This document shows positions 22,081 to 31,670 of a stretch of DNA of 64,000 nucleotides, piece by piece. The notes beneath the pieces were generated by a model. The model saw nothing but the letters and a program-made list of their open reading frames with translations. It had not been told where the DNA came from and did not search any database. This DNA is from Dehalococcoidia bacterium (GTDB lineage Bacteria; Chloroflexota; Dehalococcoidia; GIF9; UBA5629): positions 113,522-177,521 of the forward strand of contig JBEKIW010000004.1 in assembly GCA_050011565.1 (NCBI GenBank), given 5' to 3'. Position 1 is the stretch's first letter, and each line of letters starts with the position of its first letter. Position numbers and translations under genes: made by a program.

Positions 22081-23037
22081 CTAAAAAAACTGAACTATGG
22101 CTTTACCGAAGACTGGTCCTACGAAGTGGCGCATGAATGGTATGAACCCCGTACCGTACTGTCTGGCAAGTTGCTTTGAATAATCTCGGATATAGTCGGC
22201 AAAGCTTCTGTGCTGGAAATTAAGTAGCTTCTGGGACTTTGTCGTATCATACCAGTCCAGGTAATAGGGCTCTTTGGTGAATTTACGAGCTGGCGGCACA
22301 GGCAATCCCATAACACCAAGTATACGTCTTATCATATCTTGGTACAGCATCCTTTCTTCAGGGCCGCCGCTGATGATTAAAGTATTACCTTTAACGGAAT
22401 CAAAATTTTTAACGGCATTGAATATAGCTGATGCTGTATCATCTGGATGGCAATATTCCACCCTATTATTCAATGGGACAGTGAACATCCGTTTGAGGTC
22501 ACTTATCGAGAAGTTCAGGTACATGGTTGCGGTAAGGCGTAAAATGACATAGTCAATCCCTGATTCCTTGATAATATTTTCAGCCTGGAGCTTAGTCTCA
22601 CCGTAGGCCCCTTTAGGATTAGCATCATGTTCTTCAGGGCACAGTGGCTTGGTAACATTTGGTGTAGGGCCAAAGGCAGCGACTGAGGAAGTAAATACAA
22701 ATGGAATTGGTCTATCCATCTGTTTTAAATGCTCAACGATTATCCTGGTACCGCCCACATTGACCCGAGACGCCAGTTCAGGTTTTTCGTAGGCTACAGG
22801 TGGCAGGATACCGGCCATATGGACTACAGCATTAACTCCTTCCAGCGCTTTCTGAACCGAATCAGGACGTGTTATGTCTCCCCAGTAGATTTCAGTTTTT
22901 TCTCCGAGTCTTTTTACGCTATTTCTGTTACCGGGCGTGTCCAAATCGAACACACGAACTTGAAACCCGCCTTTTATAAAGGCTTTGCCGACATTTATTC
23001 CCAACCTGCCGGCTCCCCCTGTGATAAGCACTCGCAT
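22081..23037 (-). CDS. NAD-dependent epimerase/dehydratase (extended SDR)
   Basis: TGGAGRLG, HMAG, FTSS and YGETK motifs. Confidence 0.9.
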   Translation of the reverse strand: MRVLITGGAGRLGINVGKAFIKGGFQVRVFDLDTPGNRNSVKRLGEKTEIYWGDITRPDSVQKALEGVNAVVHMAGILPPVAYEKPELASRVNVGGTRIIVEHLKQMDRPIPFVFTSSVAAFGPTPNVTKPLCPEEHDANPKGAYGETKLQAENIIKESGIDYVILRLTATMYLNFSISDLKRMFTVPLNNRVEYCHPDDTASAIFNAVKNFDSVKGNTLIISGGPEERMLYQDMIRRILGVMGLPVPPARKFTKEPYYLDWYDTTKSQKLLNFQHRSFADYIRDYSKQLARQYGTGFIPFMRHFVGPVFGKAIVQFF

Positions 23038-23056
23038 GTTGTTCTCCTTTAAGTTA

Positions 23057-23923
23057 CTAATCGATATCGGTTAGAGTTTTCACCAGCCAGCCCGTCCACT
23101 GAGAACGCAAGCTGCCAGCCAGAAGTGGAGTAGTGTGGAAACCGCCTTTGGCCAGAATCAGTTCCTTAGGCTCACAAGCCGATTCATAGACAACTGCGTA
23201 CTTTCGATATGGCGTTACCCTGTCGCCTTCACAAAAGACAAAGAGCTTAGAGCAATCCTCGAGCTTTTCAAGTACCGCAGACATCTTCATTTGCGGGAAG
23301 ACATCCATGAACTTCTGCCAGTCAACCCTTACCTTGAAACAACCTAGGTACATCCAGACTCTGCATATCAGGGCGGCAACCCCTTTCAACCAGGGAAAAG
23401 CGCCGTGTTTGGGGTATTCCATAATAACTTTGAACTCACGTCCCCATCGACCGAAGTTTTTCTCCCCGCCAATCGGCAGCGCGCTGTCTATTTCAGGCGG
23501 GCAGGCTAATGCAACCAATGCACGTGGTTTATCAACTTTATCCGCAGCCATAATTGCTGACATAGCGCCCAGGCTGTGTCCGGCAATACCCATTCGTTGG
23601 CTATCCACTTCGGGGAGTTGACATAAAACATTCCAGGCATCAACTATGTCTGCCGCCATCTTCCCGTCGACAGCGCCTTCACTGGCACCATGACCACGGA
23701 AGTCGAAGATGAGACTGGCGATTCCCTGAGCCGCCATTATTCGAGCCGCCGGCTCCATAACTCGATAGGCAGCACCAAAGCCGTGGCATAATACGGCGCC
23801 GGGCACCGGCTTACTGGCACTGGCTTGCTTCGGGAGAATAATTTTGCCCTTGAGCTGCAATCCATGGCTTCCGAAAACAATTGGGAACTCTTTAATTTCA
23901 GTCGTTTTTTCTACATCTTTCAT
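23057..23923 (-). CDS. Alpha/beta fold hydrolase
   Basis: CHGF, FDFRGHGAS, nucleophile motif GHSLG, and candidate Asp (GDRVTP) and His (GFH). Confidence 0.88.
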   Translation of the reverse strand: MKDVEKTTEIKEFPIVFGSHGLQLKGKIILPKQASASKPVPGAVLCHGFGAAYRVMEPAARIMAAQGIASLIFDFRGHGASEGAVDGKMAADIVDAWNVLCQLPEVDSQRMGIAGHSLGAMSAIMAADKVDKPRALVALACPPEIDSALPIGGEKNFGRWGREFKVIMEYPKHGAFPWLKGVAALICRVWMYLGCFKVRVDWQKFMDVFPQMKMSAVLEKLEDCSKLFVFCEGDRVTPYRKYAVVYESACEPKELILAKGGFHTTPLLAGSLRSQWTGWLVKTLTDID

Positions 23924-24077
23924 AATTAAACCTTGCCGTTAAATGCCTAGATAAAGTTTAAAGTATTGGCTTCACTAAGTAATCCAGAGTGTGGCTGGTT
24001 TTATCAACAAAAAAGGGGTGACTTGTAGGTCAGACTTCCTGGTGATGCCCCGTCATACAAAAGTATGACCGGTTAGT

Positions 24078-24881
24078 TTATTTCACGATTAAGGTGGTAA
24101 TTAACCAGTTAAGTATGTTGCTACCCCAGAACAAAGTTACTATGGCAGCCAGGGACAAAAAAGGGCCGAAAGGTATGGCATCTTTTCGTCCTTTCAGTTT
24201 GAGCAACAGTAAAATCGCAGCCGTCAAGCCGCCGACAATCACGGCAATGAACATAGCCAGAATAACCAATGGGAAGCCGGTGACAAAGCCTATAAGTGCC
24301 GCCAGCTTGATATCTCCCCACCCCATACCGCCTCGATAGAGGAGCCTGGGAAGAAGTAGCAGCAAAAAGCCAATGCCGCCGCCAATTGCAGCATCAACAA
24401 TCCATAGCCGAAAGCCCCCACCTACGATATCAACCGGTTCGAAGCCGAATATGGAACCCAGAGCGGCTACAACTAAGGCGATAACTATTCCCGGGTAAAC
24501 TAGCTTATTAGGCAATACGCTGTGCTCCAGGTCTATCAGTAGAAGGGAGATAAATAAGCAGCAATATAAGGCGACCAATGCCAGTTCCCATCCAAGACCA
24601 TAATGCCAGTAGAGAAAAGCAAACAAAATGGCGGTACCTAACTCCACCCAGAGCAACCGCTGAGGTATAGTGGCACCGCAATTGCGGCAACGACCTCTAA
24701 GCCATATATAACTGAATATGGGGATATTATCGCTGCCCGGAATTCGGTACTGGCATTCCGAACAATGCGATGGTGGCGAGATAATAGATTTACCTGCCGG
24801 CAGGCGGTCAGCAACTACATTGATAAAGCTGCCTAAAGCGGCGCCGACCATGAAGAATAAAACTACCCATAAAATAGTCAT
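24078..24881 (-). CDS. pilD: Prepilin peptidase / N-methyltransferase (A24A)
   Basis: GSFINVVADR, two CxxC pairs, LIDLE, GMGWGDIKL and IPFGPFL motifs. Confidence 0.95.
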   Translation of the reverse strand: MTILWVVLFFMVGAALGSFINVVADRLPAGKSIISPPSHCSECQYRIPGSDNIPIFSYIWLRGRCRNCGATIPQRLLWVELGTAILFAFLYWHYGLGWELALVALYCCLFISLLLIDLEHSVLPNKLVYPGIVIALVVAALGSIFGFEPVDIVGGGFRLWIVDAAIGGGIGFLLLLLPRLLYRGGMGWGDIKLAALIGFVTGFPLVILAMFIAVIVGGLTAAILLLLKLKGRKDAIPFGPFLSLAAIVTLFWGSNILNWLITTLIVK

Positions 24882-25762
24882 TTGCTGAGTTCAATCCTGT
24901 CCGCGATGCCCTCCATCATATCCAGCAGGAGAAGACAGTTTCGAAGCGGTTTACCGATTCCAGTAATAATCTTGATTATTTCCTGAACTTGCCAGGCGGC
25001 AACTACTGCCGGTGTAGCTGACGGATTACCGATTTTCACTTCAATGCCCTGCTCTGGAAATCTGTCTGGGGAACCATAAATGCAACAAAGCCCCGCATCT
25101 TCCGGGAAAATGGTGGTTAGTTGACCGCAGAAGCCGGCAATGGTTCCATGTACCAGTGGAATCCCCAGGCTCCGACAGGCGCTCTCAACCGCGAAACGGG
25201 ATGGTAGGTTGTCCAGCCCATCGGCCACAACCCTGGCACCCTTGAGTAATCTACGAGCATTCTCTTTGGTAAGTTTCTCTATAAATGTGGTAACCGTCAC
25301 TGCTGAATTTATTCGGGCTATTCTTTTTGCCGCTTCAAGAGCCTTATATTTACCCAGGTTCTTCTCCGTAGACATCACCTGCCGGTTTAAATTCTGTTCG
25401 GCAAAGCAGTCATTATCGATTATGGTTATGTGGCCAATTCCCTGCCTGGCCAGAAGTTCTATTATGGTACCGCCTAATCCCCCGGCTCCCACGACAGCTA
25501 CAGCTGATTGCAATAGTTTAATTTGCCCATCAAGGCCGACGGTGCCTATATTGCGGAGATACCGCCACGGTGTAACACCCTTTTTTAATGCCGCTATTTC
25601 TACGTCTCTAACCGCGATTCCTTGTGCCCGCGCAATAGAAGTCACTGCTTTCAGGCCGATAGCAGGGCATGTACGACCATCAGGCTCAATATATGTCACC
25701 GCACGTTTGTCAATTTGCTGGCTAATATGTTTGCCCACTATAAGTTGCTTTCCCCAAGACAT
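24878..25762 (-). CDS. HesA/MoeB/ThiF family protein
   Basis: RYLRN, VGAGGLG, D...NLNRQ and DGLDNLPSR motifs. Its stop overlaps the pilD start (ATGA). Confidence 0.9.
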   Translation of the reverse strand: MSWGKQLIVGKHISQQIDKRAVTYIEPDGRTCPAIGLKAVTSIARAQGIAVRDVEIAALKKGVTPWRYLRNIGTVGLDGQIKLLQSAVAVVGAGGLGGTIIELLARQGIGHITIIDNDCFAEQNLNRQVMSTEKNLGKYKALEAAKRIARINSAVTVTTFIEKLTKENARRLLKGARVVADGLDNLPSRFAVESACRSLGIPLVHGTIAGFCGQLTTIFPEDAGLCCIYGSPDRFPEQGIEVKIGNPSATPAVVAAWQVQEIIKIITGIGKPLRNCLLLLDMMEGIADRIELSK

Positions 25763-25888
25763 TCAAATATGGCAGTTAATATGATAGCAAAATAGGATGC
25801 ATTTAGCATTCAAGGAGATAAGAGGACAGAGGGTAGGTCGGAGCATCTGCTCTGACCGCTATCTATGTGGTATATAAGTTACAGGTAT

Positions 25889-28429
25889 TTATTTTGAGCC
25901 ACCTACTAATTGGTCAAGTGCCGGTATTAGCGTAGACCGGTCCGGGCTTTGGTCCAACTTGTCCCTCCATTCAGCAGCTATGCCGGGGAGTGCTGTTGTA
26001 AATTTTGGGCTCATTGTAGTGAGCTTTAAAATGGCTCGGAAAAGGTCGGCAACATCGTTGTTTGGCACCAACAGCATCGCAGTGTTGAATTCATCGAGGC
26101 CCATATCGGGATTGTCACTAAACAGGATGGTGATTCCAAGCAGGGCATGGGCAGTCCAGTCGTCCGGCTTTTCTTGAGTGTAGATTTCCAAAGAATCTCC
26201 CAGTGGGCTGACCATATCGTACGCCATGAGGTTATTGCACAGGTCAATAAAATAACTTAAATTGGATGGGTTATCTGTTATCGGTTGTGTAATCTTAAGC
26301 GCAGCCTCTTTATTTTTCCCTTCCCTGGCTAGAAGAAGACCGGAAATGAAAGATGTCTGTGCCCATTCGGGGTCTAAAGATGCTGCATAGTCGAGCTTTG
26401 TTCGGGCTTCATCCAGGTCACCTTTGGTGATTAGCGCCAGCGACCATTTATCCAATATGACGGCGTTGCCTGGGAACAACTGCGATGCCTTATCATATAA
26501 AGACATGGCTACAGGCCATTTATCAGCGGCTCCCGACCAAGCCCAATATGTGCAAATATCAGCCAGGGAATAGTGCTCATAGGCGACATAACGCCTTAGC
26601 TCGACTGCCTTGTATTGAGCTTCGGCAGCCATAGCTAAAACTTCTGTTTTGAAAGATTGTTCCTTGATATGCCTGGCAACGTAATAGCTATACTGTCCAA
26701 GCGAATGCCAGTAAGTAGCTTCTTCAGGGTACATCCTGGTTGCCTGGTCAAGAGCATAAATAGCCTGCCCGCTGCCGGCGATTTGTAGCTTCAGCCCCTT
26801 CTCCAGGTAGATATCGGCTAAGAACGGCCTGATAGCAATACCGAGACCGACAATTATCAAGGCTAAAACGCAGCCGAGGGATATCACCAATCTCGTCCCG
26901 GTAACACGAGACGTTGCGGTCGTTGCGGTCTGAGCCGCGTCTGTCAGCCGTACCTTTGACGGCGCTTTGTTCCGAATGAACCCACCGATGGCACAGGTCA
27001 TGGCCAGTATCAGCCAGAACACGAGCTCGGGTGATATTGTGGAGAGGTTAAAAAAGATATCGGCCATATACTGAACCATGCCAGCCGCCATAGCTATTAA
27101 AAGCAGTTTATCAATGTCCGCTGTCGCCCTGCGGAGATAGCGAAAACAAAGATAGAAGAAGGCGGCTAAAATGGAGAGAAAGCTAATGAGCCCCAGCAGC
27201 CCCATTGTCGTGGCCAGATATAGGTAGTCGTTATGAGGGCGATCTACCAAAAGCGACCGGTAAGTGTATTCGCTTTCAAGTTTTTCGGGGAAAAATAGCT
27301 GAAAGTTAATCGTGAATGTCTCGGGCCCGTAGCCGATAACCTTTCGCAGAACGTGCAGTCTATCGTTGGAAAATGGGACTTCTGGCGACTTTAGGACTAT
27401 GTCAATTGCGCTGTGCCAAAATTGTACTCTCAGCCCCAGAGTATAAAGTCCCACCTCTTCTGAGATTGGAGCGGGTTCTGACTCTTGTGGTGTAGCGGAC
27501 TCAGTGCTGGGTTGTGAAGATAGCAACGGTGCCAGAAGCAAACCGGCTACTATTACTAGAGCCAGCAGAGACACTGCGCCCAGGCTCAGTATTAGCCTCT
27601 TTCGCTTAACCACGCCCCATATTATTATGAAGACAATTAGCGATATGACATACAGCAAAATAGTTATGGAATATTGTGCCAGCCACAGGCACCAGAACTG
27701 AAGTGCCAACAGAACAGAGAGACTGACCAATATACCAACATTGTTACCTTCTTTTCTCTTGCTCCACGTATATACTATAAGAGCTAGATTGAATGGAATG
27801 ACCATGGCTAGGAAGCTGCTGAGGAAAAGTGGATTGCCTACGGTAGAAGATACCCTGACAGCAAATGGATTTGGAAATGGATTTGGTAACACCCTGGATA
27901 TTGCATCCGGTAAGTAATATTGCAGGATGCCTGTAAGTGAGACGATAGCCGACGAAACCAGCAATATATAAACAGCTCTTAGCAGCTGTGCCCTATTTCG
28001 GATTTGCTGCGCCACTATCAGGAAAAAAAGTATCCAGCAAATCAAAGTAAGCAGCCCTGCTTTTCTGAAATAGCTTCCCCAGAAGCTTATGGCCGGGGTT
28101 ATGGAAGCTGCTGTGGACAGGACCGCCAGCAGTCCGAATACCAGTATGGAAAGGTGCAGCGGTGAGGGAAAGATAGCTATCCAGTTCAGCCTCCTATGAC
28201 CGGCCGGGCTCAGTATCCAGTCAGCCAGCCACAGCGCCAGCATAGCCGATACCAGGAACTGAAACAAGGCAGCTTTATTTAGAATAAAAACCTGATGGCT
28301 TAGAGGGTTGAAGAAGAGGGGGATTAAGAAGATAGTAGCCAGCCAGGTTATCTCAAGAGCCCGCTTGAAAAAATTAGGCCGGATGTTTGGCTGTTCCATG
28401 ATGGCTGTCATTATAGACTTTCCTAGCAA
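25889..28429 (-). CDS. O-antigen-ligase (Wzy_C) family protein with TPR domain, candidate pilin O-oligosaccharyltransferase
   Basis: Many TM helices. STVGNP, GYGPETF and DRPHNDYL Wzy_C motifs, and a helical TPR-like C-terminus. The true start may be one of the downstream ATGs. Confidence 0.8.
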   Translation of the reverse strand: MLGKSIMTAIMEQPNIRPNFFKRALEITWLATIFLIPLFFNPLSHQVFILNKAALFQFLVSAMLALWLADWILSPAGHRRLNWIAIFPSPLHLSILVFGLLAVLSTAASITPAISFWGSYFRKAGLLTLICWILFFLIVAQQIRNRAQLLRAVYILLVSSAIVSLTGILQYYLPDAISRVLPNPFPNPFAVRVSSTVGNPLFLSSFLAMVIPFNLALIVYTWSKRKEGNNVGILVSLSVLLALQFWCLWLAQYSITILLYVISLIVFIIIWGVVKRKRLILSLGAVSLLALVIVAGLLLAPLLSSQPSTESATPQESEPAPISEEVGLYTLGLRVQFWHSAIDIVLKSPEVPFSNDRLHVLRKVIGYGPETFTINFQLFFPEKLESEYTYRSLLVDRPHNDYLYLATTMGLLGLISFLSILAAFFYLCFRYLRRATADIDKLLLIAMAAGMVQYMADIFFNLSTISPELVFWLILAMTCAIGGFIRNKAPSKVRLTDAAQTATTATSRVTGTRLVISLGCVLALIIVGLGIAIRPFLADIYLEKGLKLQIAGSGQAIYALDQATRMYPEEATYWHSLGQYSYYVARHIKEQSFKTEVLAMAAEAQYKAVELRRYVAYEHYSLADICTYWAWSGAADKWPVAMSLYDKASQLFPGNAVILDKWSLALITKGDLDEARTKLDYAASLDPEWAQTSFISGLLLAREGKNKEAALKITQPITDNPSNLSYFIDLCNNLMAYDMVSPLGDSLEIYTQEKPDDWTAHALLGITILFSDNPDMGLDEFNTAMLLVPNNDVADLFRAILKLTTMSPKFTTALPGIAAEWRDKLDQSPDRSTLIPALDQLVGGSK

Positions 28430-28439
28430 ACCTTGTTTA

Positions 28440-28475
28440 TTTGAGGCTCCATCAATATTTGAGGTTCCATCAATA
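28440..28475. repeat. 18-bp tandem direct repeat
   Basis: TTTGAGGCTCCATCAATA followed by TTTGAGGTTCCATCAATA (one mismatch). Confidence 0.8.
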
Positions 28476-28516
28476 CAGTACTATTGTCCTATTATGTGAA
28501 TAGGACTAATCTCCTA
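28476..28516. promoter_or_regulatory. Two copies of the pilus-locus palindrome upstream of the pilin
   Basis: CAGTAC-TATT-GTCCTA (28476-28491) and TAGGAC-TAAT-CTCCTA (28501-28516). Candidate pilin promoter TTGACT-N18-TAAGAT at 28550-28579. Confidence 0.55.
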
Positions 28517-28628
28517 TCTCTACATGTACCAAATCACTATGCAAATACATTGACTTGTAGCCTATGGGTAATATAAGATACGAAGTATATTATTGTACGC
28601 ATGAACAATGAGAAAGGAGGTGAATGTA

Positions 28629-29003
28629 ATGCGTAAATTATTGAAGGCGATAGGAAAAATCCATAGTGGGAGAATGGGTGAGGGTGGCTTTACCCTCATC
28701 GAGTTACTGGTTGTCATCGGCATCCTGGCAGCTCTAGCTGGTGTAGTCACACTGGCTGTCGGTCGGTTCATCGGCGCTGGCACGTGCCAGGCTTGTTTAA
28801 CCGACCGTCACAACGTGCAGACGGCTGTAGTAGCTTTTATGGCACAAAACTTGGGAGCTACACCAGCCAATCCTGCACAAACTAGCGCTGATCTGGCGCC
28901 ATACATGGTAGATAAGCCGAAGTATAACTGGACGTGGAATACAACCAGTGGTAACCTCATTGAGACCTGCGGCGGTGTGACATCAGGCGTATGTACCCCG
29001 TAA
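28629..29003 (+). CDS. Type IV pilin (probable major pilin)
   Basis: Class III signal G|FTLIELLVVIGILAALA. Strong SD AGGAGGTG before ATG 28629. Monocistronic with its own terminator. Confidence 0.9.
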   Translation: MRKLLKAIGKIHSGRMGEGGFTLIELLVVIGILAALAGVVTLAVGRFIGAGTCQACLTDRHNVQTAVVAFMAQNLGATPANPAQTSADLAPYMVDKPKYNWTWNTTSGNLIETCGGVTSGVCTP

Positions 29004-29057
29004 ACAGAAGTAATCAGAAAAGCGACATATAGGGCGATATAGTAGCCATAGAGGTTC

Positions 29058-29089
29058 GGGGCAGACCTGGAGGTCTGCCCCTTTGTTTT
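29058..29089 (+). terminator. Rho-independent terminator after the pilin
   Basis: GGGGCAGACCT-GG-AGGTCTGCCCC followed by TTTGTTTT. Confidence 0.85.
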
Positions 29090-29163
29090 ATTTAAGGCAT
29101 TTCCTATACCGCAAGGCTCCAGATTTGATGCCCCTTTCTTATCTATCATTCCTGATTTTATCC

Positions 29164-29370
29164 TGTTATCCTGAGGCTTTTTGACCATCATCTTGGGCGC
29201 AGCGAAGGATCTGTGTAATTAATTAATGAACCAGACCCTTCACTTCGTTCGGGGTGGCAAAATATAAGCTCAGGGTGGCAAAATACAGGTTTCGGAGGGC
29301 AACTGGGGTAGATTCTTCATCGCTTCGCTCCTCAGAATGACAGGATGGCAGGCTTTCTCACAATGACAGG
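29164..29370. repeat. Cluster of degenerate REP-like repeats (GTCATYCTGAG..GCGAAGRATCT family)
   Basis: Inverted pair at 29187-29213 and 29232-29259, AGATTCTTCATCGCTTCGCTCCTCAGAATGACA at 29310-29342, and partial copies near 29164, 29269 and 29357. Confidence 0.65.
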
Positions 29371-29395
29371 ATGACGGGCGCTTACCTTGTTGGGG

Positions 29396-30793
29396 TTATT
29401 GCAGAGTCAAGGTGAACTGCCACTGATTGTATTGCATCTCGCTCATGTTTGATATCATGACTGAGGAGAACTGGCCGGAGTTCGTTAAGGCGCGGACATA
29501 GTCCACAACTGTGGTGTCATCGGGTGCTATGCCGGTTACGGTCAGCGTCCCTGCGGAATAATCAATGGAATTCAAATCGATAATGCCGGGCAACAGGCTG
29601 GTTACCTTGCTCAGGACGTTATTTGCCGTAGCTCGTTGTGCTTTAGCGCTATCCAACGCCTGAGTAAAGACAGCGCCGGCATTATGAGCTTTATCAATTT
29701 GTGCCTGCAATTGCTTGATTGCTGTCTGAGTGGTTTGCCTATTTTCAATCTGAGTCTGTATGCTGTTGACTTGTGTCATCAAACCTATGGTTTGCCTATA
29801 TGACTGTAAGGTGGTTATACCGAACAGCAGGAGCATTATGATTGCCAGCACGATAAATGCCCAAGAAGCAAGTTGAATAACGGGAAATGACTTGGGCAGA
29901 TAGACTTCAGGGGTGACATTCAGGTTGACCCGTGCCGGGCTGATATCAACCCGCGTCTGTCTTAGAGCCAGGCCTATATTAGTCGCATATTCACTTGTAT
30001 TTAGACTATCGGCATAGGATAACAATTGAGGCAATGGCTTAACTCGATACTCCAATGTTCCTGCCAGCATCTCACCCAGCTCACCGCTGACGAAAGCTGC
30101 CATGCGGTTGGTGATTTCACCACCTTTGTGGCTTGAGTTATAGAAGGCAATCGTCCTGTCCAGCTCTTCTTTTACCTCGGCTATTTTCTCATCTGGCGAA
30201 GCTGCGTCATCCGGGAATGGCAGGCTGCGCAGCAATTCGGGTATGCCATCAATCACGGCAACGATGTCAAATCCAACTGGCTGGGCATTTATTATTAAAG
30301 AATCCCTTTCATCGGCGACTCTGGCCAAAGCCAGCGGCCTGACATCAATGACCTCGGGTTGTAACCCCGCCTGACGCAATGTTTCCAGCACGGAATCAAC
30401 ATTACTACGCGGCATACCGACAAGACAGATGGCGGTCTCTATATCTGACAGGCTTATTGCCTGCCACGATGTATAAAGCTCGTTCAGAGGTACCGGCATC
30501 GCCCTCTCCATTTCCTGGCGAACCGCCTGGTCTAGCAGGTTCTTCGGTAATTTTGGGACTTTAACCACACGGTATATAGAATGAATGCCGCTGATGCCGA
30601 CCATAACCCTCTTTTCGCTGATGCCGTGGGCGGCCATCAGCTCGCTGATACGCTGGCCGACAGTAACCGGGTTAGTGATGATGCCGTCATGTATCAAGCC
30701 TGCCTCCAGCGGCAAGCTGGCTGCCATTTCCACCTGCTTTCCCTTGACCACCATCAATTTTATTGAGTTATCTTCAATATCTAAAGTGACCAT
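29396..30793 (-). CDS. pilM: Type IV pilus assembly protein, PilM-PilN fusion
   Basis: Actin-like PilM motifs (TLDIED, LETLRQAGL.P..IDVRPLALAR, E..RTI.FY), then NLN.P, a TM helix, a coiled coil and a PilN-like domain (LTVTG.A...V..Y...L..S..F). Confidence 0.85.
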   Translation of the reverse strand: MVTLDIEDNSIKLMVVKGKQVEMAASLPLEAGLIHDGIITNPVTVGQRISELMAAHGISEKRVMVGISGIHSIYRVVKVPKLPKNLLDQAVRQEMERAMPVPLNELYTSWQAISLSDIETAICLVGMPRSNVDSVLETLRQAGLQPEVIDVRPLALARVADERDSLIINAQPVGFDIVAVIDGIPELLRSLPFPDDAASPDEKIAEVKEELDRTIAFYNSSHKGGEITNRMAAFVSGELGEMLAGTLEYRVKPLPQLLSYADSLNTSEYATNIGLALRQTRVDISPARVNLNVTPEVYLPKSFPVIQLASWAFIVLAIIMLLLFGITTLQSYRQTIGLMTQVNSIQTQIENRQTTQTAIKQLQAQIDKAHNAGAVFTQALDSAKAQRATANNVLSKVTSLLPGIIDLNSIDYSAGTLTVTGIAPDDTTVVDYVRALTNSGQFSSVMISNMSEMQYNQWQFTLTLQ

Positions 30794-30802
30794 GGCTGCT
30801 GC

Positions 30803-31381
30803 TTAACTGCCTCCATAACATAGTACATCCATTACCACGGTGGCTGTGTCGTACTCTCCCTCTACTCCGGTAATCGTAAATGTCACTCGGTTTATCTGGG
30901 ATGTCGGCAGCTTCGTATCAAGTCCCAGGAGGAAGTTCTGGAACAGAGATACTTGCCCTTTGAGATTAAGCGTAATGGTCAATATCGGACCTATACTTCC
31001 AGGCGGTGTCGAAGTTGCTACCTTGGTTGCTGTGATGTATATATCATTGACCTCAGCCAGTTTTCGCAGGCTATCGAGTATTTGTGGCGACCCCTGGGGG
31101 CTGGGGAAAGTGGCTTTAGCCGATTCTGTATCAGCTGTAGCCTGTGCCAGATCAGCTTCGAATTTAGCTTTTGGCGTTTGCACCGGGGTTACTATTTTCT
31201 GCAGGTTGGACAGGGTGGCTTCTAATTGACTTTGCCTTTCCGGCTGTTGTTGATTGACTACAAATAGGGGTACAAATATGACCAAAAAAATGCCGATAAC
31301 CAGCACTAGCTGGCTGATACGGCCCAGCTTGGGCAGCCTATCCAGAAAGCCTTTCTTCTTTTCCTGTCCGGGTTCCATCAT
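30803..31381 (-). CDS. PilO-like pilus assembly protein
   Basis: TM helix, coiled coil and a ferredoxin-like end (LNLKG...FQNFL..L). Located directly upstream of pilM-pilN. Confidence 0.7.
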   Translation of the reverse strand: MMEPGQEKKKGFLDRLPKLGRISQLVLVIGIFLVIFVPLFVVNQQQPERQSQLEATLSNLQKIVTPVQTPKAKFEADLAQATADTESAKATFPSPQGSPQILDSLRKLAEVNDIYITATKVATSTPPGSIGPILTITLNLKGQVSLFQNFLLGLDTKLPTSQINRVTFTITGVEGEYDTATVVMDVLCYGGS

Positions 31382-31670
31382 TTTTGACTATCTTGTTATA
31401 TAGATTTCTTTCCTGCCTTCAAGCCAGTCTAGTGTAGCACTTTTGCTCTAAAAAAAACAGAGGTAAAGATTTCTAAGGCCGGTTGGGGGAGAATGACGGG
31501 TTAAAAGTTAAAAAATGAGGTAACAAATTTTGCATCCATGTTCGGCATTCAGTTTTTTAGCTTTTGACTTGATACTACGAGTATCACCAGGCACGTGGCC
31601 TGTACATGTCTGCATTGCAAGGATTTAACCATGGGTTCCTTTTTGATTAATTTCTATTTCCGCCGGTCTC

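Noticed and set aside
24010-24075. Structured intergenic segment after pilD (GTCATAC-AAAA-GTATGAC hairpin and a U-tract on the minus strand)
   Set aside because: No riboswitch consensus recognised. It is probably a terminator, but the stem could not be defined confidently.
28629-29003. Electrically conductive pilin (e-pilin)
   Set aside because: Only 7 Phe/Tyr/Trp in 104 mature residues with long aromatic-free gaps, which is low for proposed e-pilins.
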